Assembly (NCBI GenBank): GCA_951406725.2
Contig: OX597814.1
Location: 177,568,001-177,632,000, forward strand
Reading direction: 5' to 3'
DNA length: 64,000 nt
Source of the DNA: Octopus vulgaris
Taxonomy: Eukaryota
The notes below the pieces were generated by a model. That model searched no databases. It was not told the origin of the DNA and saw only the letters and a program-made list of their open reading frames with translations. Within the stretch, counting starts at the first letter, position 1, and every line of letters begins with the position of its first letter. A program made the position numbers and the translations under genes. Shown here one piece after another: positions 53,778-64,000 of the stretch.

Positions 53778-54367
53778 GCGTGTATATATATGTATACCAG
53801 CATTATATGTCCCTCATCTTATTCAACATTGTAGCGCAGAAAAATAAGTTTTGAGTTGAGAAAAATACTGCAGTTCTATCATTAGTAAACTATATTTTTT
53901 TCTTTTATTTATTACTCCCATTTTTGCTAACATTAATTCACAAATTCTTTTCGAAATATTTCCCTCTTCCAAATTTCCTATATCATCTTTTATATTATTT
54001 TCTTTGTACCGCTTTTCTGTATCACCCAAATTTTATTCTTTCCTTGAAAGTATATGACTTCATATATTACTCATATTTTCTATATATATATATATCTGTG
54101 TGTGTGTGTGTGTGTGTCTACATATACATACACGTATATAGAGACAAAGTTTTGTGTTATTCTCTATATCTTCACAATAGTCTTCTTTTCGCACGGAACA
54201 TTCGCCTACAACTTGATAATCTAGTGTAATGCATTTTAAAATACTATCACTCACTACCTTCCCATTTCTTTTCCATTCCTCTCTCCCCCTCTCCCTCTTT
54301 CACTGTCTCTTTTTCTATTTGACTTGTCTGTCTCTCTGTATATATATATATATACATATATATATGC

Positions 54368-54643
54368 GTCCTTTTCAAGCCTAGCCAGTCTCATGGGCCC
54401 GATTTCCTGGTATCTGTGGCTTATGTGCCCCTTCCCCCCAGCTGGACAGGATGCCAGTCCATCGCAGCGATACTCAAGAAACAGGAAGAAAGAGTGTGAG
54501 AATGTTGGGGCAAAAGATATACAACAGGGGTCGCCACCACCACCTGCCGGAGTATCGTGGAGCATTAGATGTTTTTGCTCAATAAACATACACACTGGGA
54601 ATCGAAACCGCGATCCTCCGACGGCGAATCCGCTGCCCTAACC
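54368..54643 (-). mobile_element. tRNA-SINE with Meta/V-like core
   Basis: Reverse-complement homologue of 14791-15072. Confidence 0.8.
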
Positions 54644-55294
54644 ATATATATATATATATATATATACATATATGTGTGTGGGTGTGTGTAGGTGCATGTG
54701 TTTGTGTGTCTGTGTTCTTCCCCTCCAACATGGCTTGACAACCGATGCTGGTGTGTTTACATCCTCGTAACTTAGCGGTTCGGGAAAGACACCGATAAAA
54801 TAAGTACTAGGCTTACAAAGTATAAGTCTTGGGGTCGATTCTGGGTTGTCCAGTATATACGCAGGGAAGCTTTACTATAGTGTCGTAAATGTATCGACTG
54901 TTATTTCCAGTAAATATTGGCGCCTTCTTGTACCACTACTCTATATTTATACTTCAACCATTATGGTGCTTTATTTTACTGGAAAGTGATACATTCGTAT
55001 TGCAATATGTTATTTTTCATTGAAAACTTTTCCCCTGTTCTCTGTCAGTTAACGGCTAAGCGTTCAGGCGAGTATACTGGTATTGATATTGCAACATTTG
55101 AAGTATTTTTCAGGTAAATCCAGCAGATGAACACTAATCAATTTTACGTTGACAAACGTATTTGAAGAGCCTGAAACCAAGGTACAGGATTATCCGATTC
55201 TGGGTTGTCTATTTTATCTAATGTTCTTGCTGGAGGTAAGACAAAATTTTTCATTTTGTTGCACTCACACGTCATTGTCAGTATCTACGATGTG

Positions 55295-55451
55295 AAGCTT
55301 TACAATAGCGTCGTAAATGTATCGACTGCTATTTCTAGTAAATATTGGTGCCTTGTACAAGCATCGTAAAGGTAAATATAGAGGAGTGGTACAACAAGAA
55401 ATATTTACTAGAAATAGCAGTCGATACATTTACGACGCTATAGTAAAGCTT
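55295..55451. mobile_element. Fold-back MITE with ~52-bp TIRs; a half copy lies at 54867-54955
   Basis: aagctttacaatagcgtcgtaaatgtatcgactgctatttctagtaaatatt and its reverse complement (1 mismatch). Confidence 0.8.
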
Positions 55452-55744
55452 ATTTTACTGGAATGTAAAGCATTTGTATAGCAGTATTTTGTTTTTTCAT
55501 TCAACACACACACACAGACACAGACACACAGACACACACACACATATATATATATATATGAGAGAAAGAGTATATATATGTTTGTATGTGTGAGTGTACC
55601 TGCTCCATTTCCAATCAATTATTGTCATATTAGTGCATAGGGCGGAACAAATATACACATATATATATGAAAATATATATTTCTTCATTGAGAATAATTT
55701 GAACCCCTGCTATGCCGGATTTTTTATTCCCTAACAAATAAAAT

Positions 55745-55846
<102 letters not shown>

Positions 55847-55848
55847 CG

Positions 55849-55881
<33 letters not shown>

Positions 55882-56026
55882 GTTATATAGATATCATTTT
55901 CTATATATTTATGAATGTATATTTGTACGTTATAATGTATTTATTGTTTGTGAACGTGTACACACGCTTACTTACACCCCCACACATGTATACATGCATA
56001 TATGGTTATGTACGTACAATGGTATA

Positions 56027-56104
<78 letters not shown>

Positions 56105-56712
56105 TGTGTGCATACATATGTAGTTTAATATGTATGTGTGTCCGATTATGTATATATACATATACATCTGCTTTTATATATATATATATATATACACGTA
56201 TATGTGCATATATATGTATATGCATATATATATATATATATACACACATACATACACCCATACATATATAAAATGAAATGCTCATGTATACACACACAAT
56301 ATTTACGAATACTCATACACCTATGTTCCTACATGCCCTAACGCACAAAAACACACATATATTTTCACGCAAATCTCTGTTTTATTCGTATGGAAATTCC
56401 AATGAAATCGTCAACTGTTTTCTTTGATAACTTTTCTTTCTGAAAGAGAACCAAATTGTTAACAAATCAACCGTGTTGTATCCGCACTGTATGTCACACA
56501 AAGCTGACCGTAAGCTACTGTGAGGCTAATACTATTGCTTTGTTATTACATTTACACATGCAATGAGGCAAAACACTCTCAAATTAACTATGGAATACGA
56601 ATCATCTTTTGCTGTCGTTACCACATGTTTGCCTGCATGTTGTCTCCTCATAGATGCAGGAATTATGCTTGTCACACTTCTATCTTTATATTATTACTTA
56701 GTCATCGTACAT

Positions 56713-56756
<44 letters not shown>

Positions 56757-59034
56757 CAGTGGCTAAGGAATAGTATAGGTTTACAGGAGTTTATATATAT
56801 ATATGAATTTTTTTATGTATATATGTATATGTATACAGCTATCTATCTAAGTCTCTCTTTATCCTCTATGTATGTATGTATGTATGTATGTTTGTATGTA
56901 TGTATGTATGTACGTATGTATGCATGTGTGTATGTATCTATTTATCTAATTTTTTAGTTTATGAAGTAAATATATTCATGTATCTATAAATATAATCTCA
57001 CACTGAAGAAAACATAGGAAAAATTTATCAAGGAAGACAACACACTAGTTTCTTATGGCGTAATCAAACTGTCTACTACAGCACGAGCGTTGTATCAGTT
57101 CCAACTACCAAGAATAGTAATTATTTGATTTAATAATAGTAAAGAATACCATTATTTGCCATCTTATCGCATCAGTAAGCTAAAATACATTCGTTGCCCC
57201 TTAACCACAAAAAATATGTTGATAGAATATATATGGCAATATTGTATGACACTAAAATTGTGAAATTGTTTGTTAACAGGAAACTTTATGAGAATATACT
57301 TTGTAATTAGCTATTTCTTAAAGAGTCATGATATTCTAAATATGACTCATAAATGTATGTTTATATATTTACACATCTTTTTCTGAATATATCTCCCCAT
57401 ATCACTCTGTATGCATTTGTACATATCAAGGAGTGAGGGTTTCCAGGAGTTTGTGACTCAGGAGTATATATTCCCAATATCTGTGACCAGGACGCCAGTC
57501 CGCCTCGCAGAATTACTCACTTTTGCCAGCTGAGTCACCCGAGAAAAGTGAAGTGAAGTGTTTTGCTCAAAAACACGAAGCATAGCCCGGTGCAGGAATT
57601 GAAACCAAAATCTCATGATCATGACAGTAACAACCTAACCATTAAGCTTTGCTCCAAGTCTGAAAAATGTTGCTATATTTCCCCTTGCAATTTTTCTTTT
57701 CCTGCCCGGTAGCAGTTTGTCGAAGACTGATTTTATTTTCCTCGCAAACATCAGCTCCGCTGGTGACATACCTGCTGGTGTATTTGGATTTTGTGTAACA
57801 TGTTATACTCTTAAGAATTGTCGTAGAGCTACCTCATCTGTGACTTACTCGACGTGGGTATATTTTGTATCGCAGTTGCTCTGGATGCATCCGGTTTTCG
57901 TCCGTTTTTATCTATTATCTGGTGAAAATATTAAAATTTTTTCATAAAGAACTCACATCTTTTCTCCTTTAACTTGAAACCATATTCTCTAATATTCTCG
58001 AATATCCTTTTAACGTGTTCTGCATGTTGCTTATGTGATCAACGTTTTATAAGAATATCGTCTAAATAGGCGATAGCAAAAATCTCAGTCACCCAGAAAT
58101 GTATCAATTATTTGCTGAGATAGGGAAGGGGCCACTTTTACACCAAAGGGAAGCTGCTTAAATCTAAATAAGCTACGGTGTATATTGATGGTAAATAACA
58201 GTGAGCATTCTTCTTCTACTTGGATTTGTAGATATACCTTCAAGAGATCTAATTTTGAGAAGAATTTCTCTCAATTCAATTTTGCAAGCACTTCCTCAGG
58301 ATTCGGCAATGGGTAGTTATGTGAGATTAAGTAATTATTTAAACCAGTTGCAAAATCTGCACAAACTCTTAACTTATTTTTCTTTTTACGTAGACCGAAG
58401 GTTCTTCCCAGTGTAGTGGTCCATCTCGATTATTCCTGAGCTTTCAAGTTCTTTGTTTACCTAGTCATTTGCTGCGAAAGGTACATTCCATTCTGACTTA
58501 AATATAGGTGTATTTAAGTCTTTCAGCCTCATTCGAACCTTCCACTGGACCGACTATATTCCCACACAAAACACTTATGGGCGTATTCCACAATTTAAAT
58601 AGTTCCATTCACTCTGTGCCGAATAGATTAATTGAATTTTTTCACACATAATTTTACCGTTTTCATTTGGTCACGAAATGTTACATACACACAAGTTCAC
58701 CAACAAAATAGCATTTTATCCGTAGCACCATGTGCTTCTGTTGTAGATTTACTTAATTTCGGCTTACCGATATAATTCAAAGTTTTTCGTTCACAATAGT
58801 AATATCACTTCTAGTGTCTAATTGCCTTTTTACTCTTGGATTTTCAATTTTCACATTTACGAATTTTCTCGTCGTTACATAACCATTCTCTTTCGATGGC
58901 ATGTTTATTCTTTTCCCCTTGTTCCACGTTTTATGATCTTGGTTTTACAGTGCGCTTTTGTGTGTCCAATTTTTTCACAACGAAAGCGTTCCACTTTCTT
59001 AAATGGACAGTTTAAGAATGGACAGCAAAATTAT

Positions 59035-59452
59035 TGGATCTTTTCGGTTTGAACGGCAGTTTTTTCTAGCGGTGTCATATAAAATTGTCACCCATAATTA
59101 TGACCCTAGTATCGATCTATTGCATTTCTATCTGTTTTAGGGCTAGGGTTAGGTGTGGGGGGAAGGATGTCTTTTTTCTTCACAAATATAAATAAATCCA
59201 ATCTGTTTCTTAAACGGGGGACATATTCATATGGCACAGAATGCTTTTTACCTCAATAGACGTAATTTATTGGTTGAAATTGCAGAAATTGAAGAAAAAA
59301 AACAACAAATATCTTACAAACCATAGAATTTTCTCAATAGAGCCAAGAGAAAAAGATGTCTTATAAACATATTCTACCAGTATACGAAGTTAAAATTTTT
59401 TTAGTTACCTAGAAATTATGTTAAAAACTGCCGTTCAAATCGAAAAGATCAA
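59035..59452. mobile_element. MITE nested in the Gypsy element
   Basis: TIRs ggatcttttcggtttgaacggcag / ctgccgttcaaatcgaaaagatc; 6-bp TSD aattat. Confidence 0.85.
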
Positions 59453-59732
59453 AATTATTTTTTTTACCTGATTCTCGTTCTGTTTGTACCGTACTTTAGT
59501 GCACACCTGATTTCTATTCTGCCTATTTCGCACTTGTTTCACTTGGGAGCAATCTTTATGTTCAATATTGTTTGTGTCGTATCAAATATTTATTAGTCTT
59601 TCACACTCATCTGTCACTTGTTGTAAGGTAACAACTTTGTCTTGTTTCAGCTTAGTGAGAATTCTTATTCTTACTACTGCATCTTTTTCTACAGTTAGTC
59701 CCTGAGTAAATATTAGGCACTCGAAAGTACAT

Positions 59733-60144
59733 ATTTCTTTACTACCCACAAGGGGCTAAACACAGAGAGGACAGACAAGGACAGACATAGGTATTAAGTC
59801 GATTACATCGACCCCAGTGCGTAACTGGTACTTAATTTATCGACCCCGAAAGGATGAAAGGCAAAGTTGACCTCGGCGGAATTTGAACCCAGAACGTAAC
59901 TGCAGACGAAATACCTGTTTCTTTATTACCCACAAGGGGCTAAACATAGAGAGGACAAACAAGGACAGACATAGGTATTAAGTCGATTACATCGACCTCA
60001 GTGCGTAACTGGTACTTAATTTATCGACCCCGAAAGGATGAAGGGCAAAGTCGACCTCGGCGGAATTTGAACTCCGAACGTAACGGCAGACGAAATACGG
60101 CTACGCATTTCGCCCAGCGTGCTAACGATTCTGCCAGCTCGCCA
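59733..60144 (-). mobile_element. Nin-domain-type SINE with tandemly duplicated 3' part, nested in Gypsy
   Basis: Two ~183-bp near-identical units (59735-59915 and 59918-60098) plus the tRNA-like head up to 60144. Confidence 0.88.
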
Positions 60145-60879
60145 CACTCGAAAATACCTGTCGTTAATTCGTCCAGCTCGCACTTTTCACATGACCTATT
60201 AACCCTACCAGCATATGTGATGTCATCCTCCTTGTTCTTTTCTAGGTTCAAACATTTCCAACGTGTATTGAACAGCAAGCTTTTCTCATTAAACATTTTA
60301 CACGTCTTTTTTCAAGTTTTTTTTCAAGAGTAAGTAATTGCTTAACGCTCATGTTCTCCTGCTGCCTGTTCACTTGAGATTAAACGCATTTTCATATCGT
60401 CTTCTCAATCTTTGCACACTTTATTGGAGGTTTGTTCGTATCTTCTATCGTACGCCTCGAAAGTAACTCCTTTGTCGTGTTCGTACTTAAACTCTGTTAT
60501 TGAGTTTGCAATATAATTTGGCGAGAACACATTTTCAGCATTTCCTGACGAATTAATCTTCATTAATTGTGGTATTTGTTGCTGTAATAGTAATTGTTGT
60601 TGCTTCTGCTGTTGTTCTTGCAGTTTTAGCTGCTGCTGTTGTTGTTGTTGATGTTGTTGTTGTTTCTGCTGTTCTTGCAGTTGTAGCCGCAGTTGTTTTT
60701 GCTTCAGCTGTTGTTCATGCAGTTGTACCTACTTTAGTTGTTCTTCTTTCAATTGTTGTTGTTGCTGATTTTGCAACTCGAGCAAACCGACCAGCAAAAT
60801 TTCCATAATTTTACGATTTTTTTACCGTAAAATTCGCACATGAAAAGCTTTTGTGAGTTTGTTTATTCCTCGTCGCCGC

Positions 60880-61073
60880 TGTTGTAATCCTTTAAGTCGG
60901 ATTCTTATAACGCGCACTCTGGTATAGTTGTTAGACCAGTAAAGACACGACTGTATAAGAACGTCTACCTTGTACTTTCACTCTATACTGACCGACGTCA
61001 CCTCATTCATAGAGAGTAGCACATACCACACGTCACGTGGGTGGGGTGTACCATTATTACTATTATCACCACA
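60880..61073 (-). mobile_element. Probable 5' LTR of the Gypsy element
   Basis: TGT...ACAACA termini directly before the PBS; outer boundary approximate; no 3' LTR found. Confidence 0.6.
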
Positions 61074-61138
61074 TCAATATATATATATATATACCCTACT
61101 TCTGTATATGTATGTCAATTTGTATGTATGTATGTGAG

Positions 61139-61175
<37 letters not shown>

Positions 61176-61789
61176 ATGTGTGTGTGTATGTGTGTGTGTG
61201 TTTGTATGAATATGTGTATGTGTGTGTGAGAGAGAGTGGTTTATATATATAACTCATTAGCGCTATATCTACTTAAGTGGCAGTGCCAGTAAATAACTAG
61301 ACTATACGTGCTCCACTATTTTGATAATGTTTTATATAAGTTCAAATCTCACCGGAGTTACTACAGCGTTTCTTCTTTTTAGCTTCGACGAAATAACTAC
61401 CATCAATTCAATCGACCGTGTAAGTTCTTCAAAATTGTGTCGCCTTACATCAAAGTTAAAAATCCAATTTTAAAATATCTAGAATTCTACATCAATTTTG
61501 AGTGAAATGTAAATTAACAGTTTAACAAAATTTAATTGTATGTATTACGGATAAATAAGCGTTGCTTTTTAATGAAATTTCTGGGTTATTCTCGGCTTGC
61601 TTTAATCAACATAAGTTGCAATACAGTAGGGAAATATAAAGTGGTATTTCTTGTAATTGTAACATGGTTGTAATAGTGACGCTGCATGACTCTCTGGATG
61701 TAGCGCAATATCAAGAATATGAATCATATAAATATAGTAATTGATTATATATGAAAAATTAATGGAAAAGTTTATCTTAAAAACATAGT

Positions 61790-61947
61790 TGGCGTGGTTC
61801 TGTGGTAAGTAGTTTGCTTCCCAACTACATAGTTGCGGGTTCAATCCTACTGCCTGGCACCTCGGGTGAGTCTCTTTTACTATAGCTTTGGGCCAACCAA
61901 AGCCTTCTGGGAGCATTTGGTAGAGGGAATTTGAAAGAAAACCGTCG

Positions 61948-61994
<47 letters not shown>

Positions 61995-62170
61995 CTGTGT
62001 CTGTGTGTCTTTCTGTCCGTGTTTGTCCTCCCACTATCACTTGACTACCAGTATTGATGCACTTACGTCCCCGTAACCTAGCAGTATTGGGGTCGATTCA
62101 TTCGACCAAATATTCTACAAGGCTGTGCCCCAGAACGGTCACAGTCTAACGACTGAAACGTGTAAGAGAC
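61790..62170 (+). mobile_element. Old OK-like SINE
   Basis: tgtggtaagtagtttgcttcccaactacatagttgcgggttcaatcc...gactgaaacg. Confidence 0.75.
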
Positions 62171-64000
62171 GACAGAATATATGCTTGAGTCTTTTTATAC
62201 TGTAACGATTAATATAACTTATAACTATATCACTTGGTGATGGATATGAATGACTAGGGATAAAAGCTATGAAAGTGATTCGATAACGAGATGCAATAGA
62301 TTCAAGTCCGCTTTTGGCTCTAGTCGTGTTTTCTCTAATATGTGTTGTAAAATAATTATACACGTACAACTACTAAATGACCAGCTGAGACATGATTTCA
62401 ATAGGAATCGACTTTTGTTCATTAATTTATCACATCGTGTTTTTATGATGAAGTGTCATTTCTGTAAGGAAGTCTTCCCGTACTATCGAAATGCAAAAAT
62501 AATCAGGATATCAACTATACTACAGCTTCCTTTTCATTGGTGAGATAACTGAATACCATTGTTCACTAGTACCGATGCTTTTTGTAACAGTTGACTCTTG
62601 AAATGGTATAGAATTTTAAGCTCCTGTTCATTAAAAATAGAAAACAAGAGTTCCCGAGACGAAATTAAATATCAGTTGTTGCAACGTCTAGCACGCTGCT
62701 GTGTTATTGGTTAGACAAGAAAAGATCTCTCTAGAAATGTGGAGCTAAATTCTGCCGGTTAAATCTTGTATGTGACAGGTGGTCGAAAATTAATTATATG
62801 TAACCGAAATGTAAAATGAAATAATGTGATGCTGTTTTGTTACTAACGCAATTATGTTGGATTGTGATTTGTTTCAAATATCAGATCTGAATAAACAACT
62901 TCAAATATGTTATAGAATAAGCAATATTTCTTTAGATGTAGAAATGTTGAATAAGTATTTACTTAAGAATTCCTGTAATGGCATTTCTGTAGGAAGACAG
63001 AATTCAAGTGTTACTGGATGAATAAACACGATCTAAAGGAGATTCTATAGGATTTTGAACAGCAACTGCCCAATCGAATATGTATATAATTATATATTCC
63101 ATAGAAATAATGTTTGGTATGTCTTGCATTTGGCGGAAACAAAGAAATCTATAGGAAGTCGAAACAATAGAATCTTTAAATCAAACCAAAACCTTTTCTT
63201 TTCTTTACAAGAGCGTCCACAACAATAACCACGTAGCTATTAATCTGTAAGAGAATTATTGTATAATAAACGCACTTTATTTAGCGGCTAATTGCTTCAC
63301 TATTCTCACTGGCTGAGGATGTAATATATATTCTAAAACTTCGCTAGGTGTAAATCACTTTCATGAGATTTTAGGACTCATGCTTTCGGTTTAATGATTT
63401 TACCTTTGAAGTATTATGCGCGAATGAAAACTATATTTCATGGTAGTTTGATAGAAATTCTAAGAAACAGGATACATATTTTCTCATAATGTTTAGCTGT
63501 AGAGAGTGTATGTACAGAAAAATAACCGATACTAAATAGAATCAAAAGAGTGTGAACGGCTCACTGATATCAAAACTATGTTATTCAGAGTAAATTTGCC
63601 ATACTATGAAAGTGAATGTGATAGTTTAGGTGTCAGATATTTGTTATGATATTTGCTTATCAATAGGAAGTACTTGATTTATCTCTTTAAAGTATGGGGA
63701 ATATATTAGCTAAAGTTCCCGTGACAGTTTAAAACGACCTTGTTGATATTGAATCAGTAATTTGATATCACTACCATAATATTTATTTCAATTTCAATTG
63801 CTGGTAGCTAAGTAATACCATAGGAAAGTAACCGTAGTTTTGGAGATTAAACAATGATTTCTTCTTTCAAAAAACAGTCATTTCACGAAAATCTTATTTA
63901 CTTAGCGCAGAAGATATTCTTTAAAACTTCGGGGCAAATAATTAATCCCTTTGTGTCAGTTTCACAGACTAAAAACAAAAGAAAACCAGATTTCATACAA

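Larger units (their letters stand above)
57690..60879 (-). mobile_element. Decayed Ty3/Gypsy internal region (gag, RT, integrase tail) with nested insertions
   Basis: gag NSITEFKYEHDKGVTFEAYDRRYE; RT LRVCADFATGLN...YPLPNPEEVLAKL...SKLDL...FTINT...LPFGVKVAP...YGFKLKEK; integrase NTPAGMSPAELMFARKIKSVFDKLLP; PBS (c)GGCGACGAGGA at 60878-60867, complementary to the tRNA-Ser(GCU) 3' end. Confidence 0.88.

Noticed and set aside
55459-55481. miR-1-like tggaatgtaaag
   Set aside because: Only the first 12 nt match and there is no complementary star arm; the adjacent hairpin is a MITE.
59138-59153. Telomere-like TTAGGG motifs (also 52846-52863)
   Set aside because: Only 2-3 imperfect units and an internal part of a MITE, not an interstitial telomere.
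63404-63459. Possible 56-nt minus-strand upstream exon (TTAG...AAG|GTAAAA)
   Set aside because: Short pyrimidine tract and its ATG is out of frame with the 27931-28152 exon; such sites arise by chance without RNA data.

Overview
AT-rich, microsatellite-laden eukaryotic DNA. The SINE families and repeat style point to an octopus (cephalopod) genome; this is inferred, not database-confirmed. Almost all ORFs in the supplied track are microsatellite artefacts. The only convincing host-gene element is one minus-strand exon (27931-28152) encoding a signal-peptide-like N-terminus, so most of the window is probably intron. The rest is mobile DNA: several tRNA-SINE families, CR1-like and RTE LINE fragments, a decayed Gypsy provirus, a Tc1/mariner remnant, MITEs and Penelope-like element (PLE) debris. 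The main signal is about 14 minimal type-I hammerhead ribozyme (HHR) motifs from at least six short repeat families. Between them they show C-G, G-C and U-A at the core 3-8 pair, and most have palindromic helix III tips. One family is a tRNA(Ser)-like-headed, hammerhead-tailed SINE that occurs twice as a head-to-head inverted pair. Another sits in a perfect palindrome with 155-bp arms. HHRs in PLEs are known; the tRNA-head/HHR-tail palindromic SINE is the best candidate here for an undescribed system.
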